The translations under genes and the position numbers were made by a program. The notes under the pieces are model-generated. The model made no database searches. It saw only the letters and a program-made list of their open reading frames with translations, and was not told the DNA's origin. DNA of 64,000 nucleotides from Heterodontus francisci (Eukaryota), in the NCBI RefSeq assembly GCF_036365525.1, contig NC_090374.1, positions 14,921,168 to 14,985,167 of the forward strand, given 5' to 3'. Positions 14,245 through 25,762 of this stretch are shown piece by piece (positions within the stretch are counted from its first letter, which is position 1; the number at the start of each line of letters is the position of its first letter).

Positions 14245-15963
14245 GGGTTTTCAAATCTTCAATACTTAATCAATTTAACTTATCATGTGACATGTCTCCC
14301 TGCTCTTCTGCATGAAATGCGTCCTTTTGTTTCTCGCACCCGAGAAAAGAAATGAATGATATGAGAAAACCTGTTTGTTCAATTTTCACAGTTTTAGAGA
14401 TCCATTTTCCTCCCATTTCCAAATATTTTATTTAAGCAGTTCAGAATCCCAGCTTTGAGCCCCCATTTTGGTATGGACAGGTGGTAACTTGTGTGGGTGG
14501 CTTCCAATTTTCACCTCCCAACTGATTGCGATTGTGTTTTCTTAAAAATGGTGCATTTTTAGGGCCAAATAAACTGACAAACGATAGTTTTCTTGTAGGT
14601 TAAAAAAACACCTATTTTCTTTGGAACAATTCCTGAAATGGTCGCAACCTTCACCCACTCGCACATTCACACATACACAAGAATAGATAGAGAGAAAAAG
14701 GTCGGATGCATTTAAAGTCCAAGGTAATATAAAACTTTGTGGATTACAGAATGCTGTTGAATCATCTGGGGAGAAAAGTCTTCTTTTAAAGGTACAGGCC
14801 TGGTTGTCTGCTTGCTCTTTATTTATTTATTTAGAGATACGGCACTGGAACCACCGAGTCTGTGCTGACCGACAACCACCCATTTTATACTAATCCTACA
14901 TTATCCCCATATTCCCTACCACATCCCCACCATTCTCCTACCACCTACCTACACTAGGGGCAATTTACCTATCAACCTGCAAGTCTTTGGCTGCGAGAGG
15001 AAACCGGAGCACCCGGCGGAAACCCACAGGGAGAACTTGCAAACTCCGCACAGGCAGTTCCCAGAACTGAACCTGGGTCGCTGGAGCTGTGAGGCTGCGG
15101 TGCTAACCACTGCACCACCCTAAATGAACTTAATTCAATTAATTAATTAATTGAATTTAAATTCCACCAGCTGCCATGTTGGGATTTGAACCCATGTCCC
15201 CAGGACATTAGCCTGGACCTCTGGATTGCTAGTCCAGTGACATTACCACTACGCCACCATCTCTCCATTTTTTCTCTCCATCTTGCTGAGGTGTTGTACA
15301 GTTCTATTGGTTAAAACTCAGCCCAAGGTTGGTGGTGTGAATTTGGTTTACCTTCACAGATGGAGAGTCTTAAAGTCACTTTGTAATTTCTCTGCTGTAA
15401 TGGTTGTTCAGTTCTTGCTCAGCAGGGTTCTGCTTAGCTGGATCTCTCTCTCAGCCTCTGGCTGGAAACTGGCTTTCGGTGGTCTTGTCTGGATCTTCCT
15501 CTCTCTCCAGAGGGCTACCAATTAAGGTCAAAATCCATCACATTTGACTTTCTGTTAGGTGGTGCATGGCCCTGTTCCCTGGTGTGAGCACACAATGGAC
15601 CAGGATGTAGAAACCATGGCTATCTATTGACGTCTGAATGGGAATCATTCTGTTATAATGATGCTACTTAACTCATTCATTTTGGTTTGGGCTGTGAGTC
15701 AGTCTGTCTTCTGAACCTTTTGTTAGTTCATGCAGGTAGATAGGAGTCATCAATATGCAATGGGTTCTCCCAGAGCTATTTCAGATGAAGTTAACAAGTT
15801 TAACCCTCCACAGACGGAACTGTGTATTGTCAACACAAGAGGGGGTTCACGTGATCACTACTCCATATTGTCTGTGCAATAATTGTCCTTGTTCTTGTGG
15901 TTCAGTGTAAAAGTTGACTTTTTATTTTCATAATTCCTCCAATTCATTGTTTATTTCAACACA
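14245..15963 (-). mobile_element. 5' part of the host Gmr1-like element: LTR, PBS and gag start
   Basis: tRNA-Pro-type PBS tgggggctc at 14457-14465 on the minus strand. Gag start ...LSIEDLKT continues in frame with (*)AAQVGVTFKQK at 6008. The LTR-like region from about 14470 to 15963 contains inserted SINEs. Confidence 0.7.
14820..15120 (-). mobile_element. V-SINE (HE1-like)
   Basis: Reverse complement of a tRNA head plus V-domain (gggtttccgccgggtgctccggtttcctc) and a CR1-like tail. Confidence 0.8.
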
Positions 15964-15979
15964 GCTCCTTCCAAGCATG

Positions 15980-16340
15980 TGAGGAGAGACTGAAGAAGCT
16001 GGCATTGTCCCCTTAGAGCAGAGAAGGTTGAGGGAGATTTAGTCGAGGGGTTTAAAAACATTGAGGAGTTTTGATAGCGTAAATCATGAGAAACTGTTTC
16101 CATTGGCAGGAGGGTGATATTTTCTTACAGAGTGAGTTCAGATGATCTGGAATGCAGTGACTGAAAGGCTGGTGGAAACAGATTCAATACCAACCATCAA
16201 AAGGGAATTGGATAAATACTTGAAGGGTAAATATTGCAGAACCATGGAGAAAGAGTAAAGGTGTGGGACGAATTAGATATCTCTCTCAAAGAACCAGCAC
16301 AGGCATGATGGGGGAATGGCCTCCTGTGCTGTTTGATTTT
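15980..16340 (+). mobile_element. CR1 3' fragment
   Basis: Degenerate CR1 ORF2 end and 3'UTR (gaatggcctcctgtgctg). Confidence 0.7.
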
Positions 16341-17019
16341 ATTTATAAAATAATGGATAGCTGGAAGTGAATTACAGCCTAGAATCTAATCGAGAGTTCT
16401 GGGGATTGAAAATCCTGTCCTGTTGCACTGACAGTGGGATATTGCTCATCAGACACAGCGCTCTCTGATGACCTCAGGATTTAATACAGGATCAGCTCAT
16501 TTACATACGGAACAACAAATAATATAATGGAGGTGTTTTAGATGATGGAAGTATTTAACAATTTCCTCTGGTGGGGGAATTACAGAACAAGGGAGCATAA
16601 CCTTAGATTTATAGTTAGGCTGTTCAAGGGTTATGTCAGTAAGAACTTCACACAAAGGGTGACGAGACATTTCCTGCGACACTTGCTGAGACATTTGTTA
16701 ATAAGACCTGCCTGTTTGAAGTCTGTGCCATGAAATTTATTCATGTAGTGTTGCCTCTTGTGGTGCTCTGCAGGCTGCCCTTGCTTCCCGGAGACAGGCA
16801 GTCCCACAGGTCACTACCTGTGTGACCCCATGCCCCGTTCTTCATTGATATGTGCGCAAGCAGCAGCATCCCCTGCCAGGGCCTGAACACGTTGAATTGG
16901 CACCATCCTGAAGACAACTGGCTGATGTAACGTCAGGATTCCAAATTTGAACAGCCCAGATCCTGGTAACGCTGAATTGTCCACTCCTGAGCAAAGAAGC
17001 AAGATGGACTCTACAGCAG

Positions 17020-17240
17020 CTCCCCTGCTCTGCTTCAAGTAGTGCAGTGGGATCTTTTACATCCACCTGAGAGCAGACAGGGCCTCGAGTTAACGTCTCA
17101 CCCGAAAGACAGGACCTCCAACAGTGTAGCACTGCCTGAGTACTGGACTGGAGTGATTTTGTGCTGAAGCCTCTGGAATGGGCATTGAACAGACAGCTTT
17201 CTGATTGCAAAGTGAGAGTGCTACACACTAAGCCACAGCT
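17020..17240 (-). mobile_element. DeuSINE (SacSINE1-like)
   Basis: Reverse complement of the Deu core (gagacgttaa..gaggccctgtctgctctcaggtggatgtaaaagatccca) and tRNA head. Confidence 0.75.
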
Positions 17241-17254
17241 CTCACTATAAAGGG

Positions 17255-18340
17255 TTAGCATAACTTCCCTGCTTTTGTAATCTATGTCACTATTTATAAA
17301 GCCCAGGATCCCATATAATTTTTAAAGACCATTATCCACTTCTCCTGCCACTAAGACAGATTTTTATATAGAAATGCCCAAGTCTCTTGTCCGAGCTGGA
17401 AGTGAATTACAGCCTAGAATCTAATCGAGAGTTTTGGGGACTGAAAATCCTGTCCTGTTGCACTGACAGTGGGACATTGCTGTTCAGACACAGCGCTCTC
17501 TACAGCCTCTTTAAAATTGTATTTTTTGTTATATTGCCTCTCCTCATTCTTCCTTCCAAAATGCATTATTGCACACTTCTCGGAATTAAATTTCATCTGC
17601 CATGTGTCTACCCATTTTACCAGTCTGTTTATGTCCTCCTGAATTCTTTACCATTCCCCTCATTTCTTTGTTTCGTGTCATCTGCAAACTTTGAAATTAT
17701 GCCTTGTATACCAAAGTCCAGGTTATTACTTCATCAAAGAACTCAATCAAGTTGTCAGAAATTATTTGCCTTTAACAGATCTGTGCTGGCTGACATTTGT
17801 TAACCCATATTTTTCTAAGTGACAACTAGTTTTGTCTTAGATTATTGTCTGGAATAGTTTCTCCCCCACCCCACAGCCCCCAATCTACCCACTGACATTA
17901 GGCTGACTGGCCTGTAGTTATTAGGTTTATCCCTCTCCTCCTTTTTGAACAGGGGTGTAACATTTACAACCTGCCAGCCCTCTGGCATCACTCCCATATT
18001 GAAAGAGGATTGGACGATTGTAGCCACAGCTTCTGCTATTTCCATCCTTATCCCTCAGGAATCTAGGATGCTTCCCACATCTGGTCTGGGTGACTTTTCT
18101 ACTTTGGACACTGCTAACCTTTCAAGTACTTCCTCTTTATCTCGTTTCTCCGAGTCAATTTCTCTACTACCTCCTCCATTACTGTGACACCGGCAGCTTC
18201 CTCCTATTTTGGGGAGAAATGTTCATTCAGTACCTCAGCCATGCCCTCTGCCTCCACACCATTTATTTTCTGGTCCCTAATCACCAGAACCTTTCCTCTG
18301 ACTATCCATCTACTATGTTTAGAAAGGACTTTAGTGTTCC
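17255..18340 (-). mobile_element. Fragmented CR1 ORF2
   Basis: Minus frames MKFNSEKC and VTPLFKK...NYRPVSL. Confidence 0.75.
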
Positions 18341-18349
18341 AGATGTTTA

Positions 18350-19155
18350 TGCTTGTTGGAGGCCAATCATCTCAGGCCCAGATGCAGGAGATCCTCAGAG
18401 TAGTGTACCAGGTCCAACCATCTTCAGCTGCTTCATCAATGACCTTCTCTCCATCATAAGCTCTGAAGTGGGGATGATCCCTGATGATTGTGCAATGTTC
18501 AGCACCTTTTGTGACTCCTCAGAATCTGAAGCAGTTCAAGCCTGCATGTAGCAAGACATGGACAACATTCAGGCTTGGGCTGATAAGTGGAAAGTAACAT
18601 TCGCACCACAGAATTGCCAGGCAATGACCATCTCCAACAAGAGAGAATCTAACCATCAGCCCTTGACATTCTACAGCATTACCATCGTTGAATACTCCAC
18701 CATCAACATCCTGGAGGGATTCAGAAGAAACTTAACTGGACCAGCCATATAAATACTATGGCTACAAGAATAGATCAGAGATTGAGGGTGACAGTGGTTC
18801 AGTGGTGCTGTCACTGATGTAATAATCTAGAAGCCCAGGCTAATTCCCCTGGGGCATGTGTTCAAATCCCACCATAGCAGCTGGTGGAATTTAATTTCAA
18901 ATAATTGAAAAGAATCTCAAAATAATTGCCACTTTCAAGAATGGTGCCATAAAACTATTATCACTTGCCATTAACAAAAACATTTGGTTCACTAATGTCC
19001 TTGTCTGGCCTATAGGTGACTGCAAACCCACAGCAATGTGGTTGACTCTGAACTGCCCTCTGAAATAGCCCAGCAAGTCACTCAATTGTCTGGGGCAATT
19101 AGGGATGGGGAACAAATGCTGGCCTTGCCAGTGATGCCCACAGGAATTTAAAAAA
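18350..19155 (+). mobile_element. CR1/L2-group LINE fragment followed by a tRNA-derived SINE
   Basis: Same family as 1783-3125 (DNIQAWADKW). SINE from about 18785 has a gttcaaatccc B-box and a gggcaattagggatggg tail. Confidence 0.7.
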
Positions 19156-19461
19156 AACTTTATGTTACCCACTTATATTTTCTCATACATTCTCTTTGTC
19201 TTCTTTCCTTTTTCAGGTCTCCCAAACACTTTCAGTACTGACTCTCTTGGTATAATGAATCAGACATTGATCATAAACCTTCTTTTCCTGTCCCATTTTA
19301 AACTCAATATCTTTAGTCATCCAAGAAGCTGTAGTATTGGATGTTCTTCCTTTCGCCATCCTAGGAATGTTTTTAGCCTGTACCTGAAATATCTCCTCAT
19401 TAAAGGCCCCCATTGCTCACATTCTGTTTCACCTGTCTATCTTGGTTTTGAACCCATCAAC

Positions 19462-19815
19462 TATAAACCATCTGAACCCCTCTGTTATATTCCAGCCTGT
19501 AACTCACTGTTATTTATCCATTATTTAATGTACAAACTACCCAAACCCCTCTGTTATATTCCAGCCTGTAACTCACTGTTATTTATCCATTATTCTATGT
19601 ATAAACTACCCAAACCCCTCTGTTATATTCCAGCCTGTAACTCACTGTTATTTATCCATTATTTAATGTACAAACTACCCAAACCCCTCTGTTATATTCC
19701 AGCCTGTAACTCACTGTTATTTATCCATTATTCTATGTATAAACTACCCAAACCCCTCTGTTATATTCTAGCCTGTAACTCACTCGTGTCTGATGTCTGT
19801 GTATAAACCATCCCA
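19462..19815. repeat. 69-bp tandem repeat, about 4.7 copies, with alternating A/B variants
   Basis: tctgttatattccagcctgtaactcact starts at 19481, 19550, 19619, 19688 and 19757. Confidence 0.95.
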
Positions 19816-19938
19816 ATCTGACCATATGATGTTATATCTGCTGTCACTAGATCACAATCAGTATATTGTCTCACAGTTTGATTTTGAAACAGTATTCTCT
19901 GTCCCTGTGCTGTTTTAATATTCTCTCTCTCTCCACAG

Positions 19939-20322
19939 AGTTTTCTGCTAATGGTTGGACAATGAGCACTGCGGGTGATGTGAGTGTTGAGGAAGGAGGG
20001 TCCGCTGTCTTGCCGTGTACTTTCACTCACCCACACACTGATCAGACGGTCACCGGCTCTGTGATATGGTACAAAGGCCGTTACAATGTTATTTTTAAGT
20101 GTACATATTCTGGTCCGGGCCATTCACAGAGTGAGCTGTGTGAGAATGTGATACAGCAGGACGGCGGGAATCGATTAAGATTCGTGGGGAACTTCAGTAA
20201 CAAAGATGTCTCAATAATGATGGAGCGGCTGATCCGGGCGGACAGCGGTCCTTATCAGTGTCGTGTGGAGCTCACTGTTGGACAATTTCAAACACTGAAA
20301 CTAACGAGTCTGAGAGTGGAAG
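19939..20322 (+). CDS. Siglec-15-like receptor, V-set Ig exon 1 (phase 1-1)
   Basis: Acceptor ttctctctctctccacag|, donor G|gtgagg, 384 nt, open. Protein WTMS...AVLPCTFTHPH...W...FKC...SELC...RFVGN..KDVSI..ERL..AD...YQCRVE resembles the Siglec-15 V-set as recalled (AVLPCTFTHPH, FRC..SELC, YFCRVE). Confidence 0.9.
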
Positions 20323-20344
20323 GTGAGGAACAATATTCAGGGGC

Positions 20345-20600
20345 TGCAGCTGCCCCGATAGCTCAATGGCTAAAGGCTCCACCTGGTCTGGTCCTGAACC
20401 ACATGGGTAAATAAACTCTCAGCAATCCCGGGCTTTGAAAGGGGAATATTGCCCGGGATTCCTGCTCCTGATCACTCTTCAGACACTCCTGCAGGAAGGT
20501 GTCTTATTGGACATTGAATAAGACAATGGGCCAGCATGTGATGCTCTCCACAGTCAAATAGTCCATTGCCACTCATTGACCAGGCTTGTGCTGTAAGGAA
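20345..20600 (+). mobile_element. Old tRNA-derived SINE (LF-SINE-like)
   Basis: ccgatagctcaatgg head and gggattcctgctcctgatcac core. An inverted relative lies at 34350-34575. Confidence 0.45.
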
Positions 20601-21625
20601 GGCCATCTGGGTGAGATCAGTAATAATATTTTAGGATAATGAGCTATTTCAGTTTGGACATTGGGTAAGTGCAGCATGTCCATCTCAGTCTCAGTGCTGT
20701 AGGCCTGCAGTGTCCAGCTCAAAGCTGATTGGACCTGTTCCACCACTTCATATATTCTCAGTGGAGAATTGGCAGGTGGATCACAGGGAGACGATGTCAA
20801 TTGGGTCATTGCTGCTCAGCTCACACTTCAGGGCAGTACCGAGGGAGTGCTGCACTGGCTGAGGTGCCACTTTAACCTTCCTCCAGTGTTGCCCCTCAAA
20901 TCGATTGAATCGTCTGGGCATTTCTGGGACCAATGGGAAATGATATTTAACCGAGACAAATGCAGTGTGATGCGGGTAGGTAGGATCAACACGGAATTCA
21001 CTGAACATTTACAGGGAATAATACAGAAAGTGGCTGAGAGAGAAAAGGATCGAGACTGTTAATGTACACACATCACTCAAAATTCACAACCAATGCAGTG
21101 AAGCCATTGACAAAACAAACAGGGCATTGGGTTGTATTAACAAAACCATTCAGTACAAGTCAAACCACTTCCCACTTTCTGCTAGTCTGAGAAACGTCCC
21201 TGACCTCTTACCCTCTGTTTCCTGTTTTGTCACCATCTTTCAATCTGTTCTGCTACCCGGCCCCCTGAGCCCACAATCCCTGGGATCTCCACTGGCTGAG
21301 TACTACACTGGGCAATGCCTCTACCTACTGGACCACAGGGAGAGCTCAGAACTGAAATAAATTAAAGTTCTCATCAAGACCTGGATTTTGCTGCCTCACT
21401 GTGTGGTGGAGGGAGGTTCAATTGAAACATTTAAAAGGGAATTAGATTGAAATAAAGGAAGAATGTGCAGGGTTTTGGGGAGAAGGCGGGGGGAATAGCA
21501 GGAAGTGAATTGCTCTTTCGGTGAGCCGGTGCAGACATGTTGGGCTGAATGGTCTCCTTCTGCAGTGTAGCAATTCTGTGATCTGTGAAGACACTGATCC
21601 ATTCTAATGTCTGTCCTTTCCTCAG

Positions 21626-21976
21626 CTGCTAGTGGAAATGTCTCAGTGGTGACTGGGACCGAGGGAGCTTCAGTTACATTGCCCTGTATGTTCACACCCA
21701 GGAGTTACCGCACCCTGTCCACTGTTACATGGATGAGGAAGGAGCCCTACCAACACATAGTCACATTCAGAGCCCAATCAAATGGATCTTGGACAACTGC
21801 AAATGGTGGAAATCGGTACGAGCTCATCGGGAATCCACAGGAGGGAAACGCCTCAACCAGGATAAACCAGCTGAGTGTGAATGACAATCACCCTTACCTG
21901 TGTCTAGTGGAATACACATCATTGGACAATTATCAACATCTGATCCAGACTGAGACACAGCTGCTGGTTGTACATG
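21626..21976 (+). CDS. Siglec-15-like receptor, second V-set Ig exon (phase 1-1)
   Basis: Acceptor ttctaatgtctgtcctttcctcag|, donor G|gtaaga, 351 nt, open. G.SVTLPC.FT...W.RKEPY...RYELIGNP..GNAS..I..L...D...YLCLVE. Confidence 0.88.
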
Positions 21977-22054
21977 GTAAGAAACCATTCCCACATTCTC
22001 CAGTGTATAGGGGTTGTACAAGAGGGTGAGCAGTGTAATATAAAACACTCATCA

Positions 22055-22355
22055 GCTGTGGCTCAGTGGTTATCACTCTCACCTCTGAGTCAGTCGGTTG
22101 TGGGTTCAAGACACTCCAATGCAATACTGATGGAATGTAACACTGTTTAAGGTACTGTGTATGAGAAGAGATATTAAAGTAAGGCCTTCTCTGGAAGAGT
22201 ATGGGAGTTGACCTAATGTCCTGGTCAATATTTATCTCTGAACCAACATCATCAAACCATAGTCTGATAATTATCTCATTGCTGTTTATGGGATCTTGCT
22301 GTGTGCAAATTATCTGCTGTGTATCCTGCATTAAAACAGTGACTACACTTCAAAA
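22055..22355 (+). mobile_element. DeuSINE (SacSINE1-like)
   Basis: tgtggctcagtgg..ctctgagtcag..gggttcaag head, Deu-core remnant, acagtgactacacttcaaaa tail. Confidence 0.75.
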
Positions 22356-23074
22356 ACAAAGTTCTGTCATTCACTGACTTCCTGGCTGACCTGCATCTTA
22401 ACTCCATTTAATGAACTTGTTTCTGGAACCCTTCCTACCCTTGTCGAACAAAATCTATCAATCTCAGTGTTGAAATTTTCAATACATTCCCAGCATCAAT
22501 AGCTTTTCCAGGGAGAGTTTCAGATTTCCATTATCCTTTGTGTGAAGAAGTCCTTCCTGACATCACCCCAAACAGCCTAGCTCTAATTTGAAGGTTATGG
22601 CCCCTTGTTCTGGACTCTCCCACCAGAGGAAATAGTTTCTCTCTATCTGTCCGGTGCCAGGGATCGGGACATCGGCTCAGGGCTGGAGAGGAACTTGCAG
22701 TGGGAGGGGGAGGATCCAGTTGTCATCATCCCCATGGGTACCAACAACGTATTTATAGAACCAGGAAAAAGGTTCTGCAAAGCGAGTATGAGCAGCTAGA
22801 AGCTAAATTAAAAAGCAGGACCACAAAGGAAATAACCTCTGGGGTATTACCTGAGCCACGAGCATATTGGCGGAGGGTAAATAAGATTAGATAGTTAAAT
22901 GCATCGCTCAAAGAGTGATGAGGGAGAACTGGGTTTTGATTTATGGGGCACTGGCACCTGTACTGGGGAATGTGGGAGCTGTACCGTTGGCACGGTCTTC
23001 ATCTGAACCATGTTGGGACCAGTGTTCTGTCGAGTCATATAACTAGGGCAGTAGAGAGGGCTTTTACACTAAAA

Positions 23075-25762
23075 GGAAGGATGAATGAGAATGGACAGAG
23101 ACTGCTTGAGTTGTGTACCTATCATAACCTCTGCATCACCAACTTGTTCTTTCACACTAAACCCTGTCACCAGGTTTCTTGGAGGCACCCAAGATCACGT
23201 CGTTGGCACCAGCTGGACCTCATCGTCACAAGGTGAGCCTCTCTAAACAGCGTTCAAATCACACGCAGCTTCCACAGTGCGGACTGCGACACCGACCACT
23301 CCCTGGTGTGCAGCAAAGTTAGACTCAAACCAAAAAAGCTGCATCACTCCAAGCAGTAGGGCCGCCCGCGCATCAACACGAGCAGAATTTCTTATCCACA
23401 GCTGTTACATAAGTTTCTAAATTCACTTGAAAAAGCCCTTCAAAACACTCCCTCAGGGGATGCAGAGACCAAGTGGGCCCACATCAGAGACACCATCTAT
23501 GACTCAGCAATGACCACCTATGGCAAACGTGTGAAGCAGAATGCAGACTGGTTTCAATCTCACTTTGAAGAGCTGGAACCTGTCATAGCCGCTAAGTGCA
23601 TTGCACTGCTGAACGACAAGAAAGCCCCCAGCGAGTTAACATCCGTAGCACTTAAAGCAGCCAGAAGCACTGCACAAAGAACAGTCAGGCGCTGCACAAA
23701 TGACTACTGGCAACACCTATGCAGTCATATTCAGCTGGCCTCTGACACCGGAAACATCAGAGGAATGTTTGATGGCATTAAGAGAGCTTTTGGGCCAACC
23801 ATCAAGAAGATCGCCCCCCCTCAAATCTAAATCAGGGGACACAATCACTGACCAAGGCAAGCAAATGGACCGCTGGGTTGAGCACTACCTAGAACTGTAC
23901 TCCAGGGAGAATGCTGTCACTGAGACTGCCCTCAATGCAGCCCAGTCTCTGCCAGTCATGGATGAGCTGGATGTACAGCCATCAAAATCGGAACTCAGTG
24001 ATGCCATTGATCCTTTAGCCAACGGAAAAGCCCCTGGGAAGGACGGCATTACCCCTGAAATAATCAAGAGTGCCAAGACTGCTATACTTTCAGCACTGTA
24101 CAAACTGCTTTGCCTGTGCTGGGATGAGGGAGCAGTACCACATGACATGCGCGATGCCAATATCATCAACCTCTGTAAGAACAAAGGTGACCGCGGTGAA
24201 TGCAACAACTACTGTGAAATCTCCCTGCTCAGCATAGTGGGTAAAGTCTTCGCTCGAGTTGCTTTAAACAGGCTCCAGAAGCTGGCTGAGCGTGTCTACC
24301 CTGAGGCACAGTGTGGTTTTCGAGCAGAGAGATCCACCACTGACATGCTGTTCTCCCTTCGTCAGATACAGGAGAAATGCCGTGAACAACAGATGCCCCT
24401 CTACGTTGCTGTCATTGATCTCACCAAAGCCTTTGACCTCATCAGCAGACGTGGTCTCTTCAGACTACTAGAAAAGATCGGATGTCCACCAAAGCTACTA
24501 AATATCATCACCTCATTCCATGACAATATGAAAGGCACAATTCAGCATAGCGGCGCCTCATCAGACCCCTTTCCTATCCTGAGTGGCGTGAAACAGGGCT
24601 GTGTTCTCGCACCCACACTGTTTGAGATCTTCTTCTCCCTGCTGCTCTCTCATGTGTTCAAGTCTTCAGAAGAAGGAATTTTCCTCCACGCAAGATCAGA
24701 TGGCAGGTTGTTCAACCTTGCCCGTCTAAGAGCGAAGACCAAAGTACAGAAAGTCCTCATCAGGGAACTCCTCTTTGCTGACGATGCTGCTTTAACATCT
24801 CACACGGAAGAGTGCCTGCAGAGTTTCATTGACAGGTTTGCGGCTGCCTGCAATGAATTTGGCCTAACCATCAGCCTCAAGAAAACGAACATCATGGGAC
24901 AGGACGTCAGAAATGCTCCATCCATCAATATCAGTGACCATGCTCTGGAAGTGGTTCAAGAGTTCACCTAGCTGGGCTCAACTATCACCAGTAACCTGTC
25001 TCTGGATGCAGAAATCAACAAGCGCATGGGAAAGGCTTCCACTGCTATGTCCAGACTGGCCAAGAGAGTGTGGGAAAATGGCGCACTGACACGGAACACA
25101 AAAGTCCGAGTGTATCAAGCCTGTATCCTCAGTACCTTGCTCTACAGCAGCGAGGCCTGGACAAAGTATGTCAGCCAAGAGCGACGTCTCAATTCATTCC
25201 ATCTTCACTGCCTCCGGAGAATCCTTGGCATCAGGTGGCAGGACCGTATCTCCAACACAGAAGTGTTCGAGGCGGCCAACATCCCCAGCTTGTACACACT
25301 ACTGAGTCAGCGGTACTTGAGATGGCTTGGCCATGTGAGCCGCATGGAAGATGGCAGGATCCCAAAGGACACATTGTACAGCGAGCTCGTCACTGGTATC
25401 AGACCCACCAGCTGTCCATGTCTCCGCTTTAAAGACGTCTGCAAACGCGACATGACGTCCTGTGACATTATTCACAAGTCGTGGGAGTCAGTTGCCAGTG
25501 ATCGCCAGAGCTGGCGGGCAGCCATAAAGGCGGGGTAAAGCGTGGCGAGTCGAAGATACTGAGCAGTTGGCCGGAAAAAGAACAGAAGCGCAAGGGGAGA
25601 GCCAACTGTGTAACAGCCCTGACAACCAATTTTATCTGCAGCGCCTGTGGAAGAGTCTGTCACTCTAGAATTGGCCTTTATAGCCACTCCAGGCGCTGCT
25701 CCACAAACCACTGACCACCTCCAGGCGCTTACCCATTGTCTCTCGAGACAAGTAGGCCAAAG
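23075..25762 (+). mobile_element. RTE-clade LINE, 5'-truncated and disrupted
   Basis: NENGQRLLELC...SWRHPRSRRWHQLD endonuclease end. RT PEAQCGFRAERST, GVKQGCVLAPTLF, LLFADD. C-terminal C2H2 (CSACGRVCHSRIGLYSH). Confidence 0.92.

Noticed and set aside
16774-16809. Candidate small second leader exon (ctctgcag|AALASRRQAVPQ|gtcact)
   Set aside because: The donor is weak and phase 0, incompatible with the preferred phase-1 acceptor at 19939. The receptor leader is probably upstream of the window.
19162-19806. 214-aa ORF with 23-aa repeats; the array looks superficially CRISPR-like
   Set aside because: A 69-bp tandem repeat with no unique spacers, fused to antisense CR1, in a eukaryotic context.
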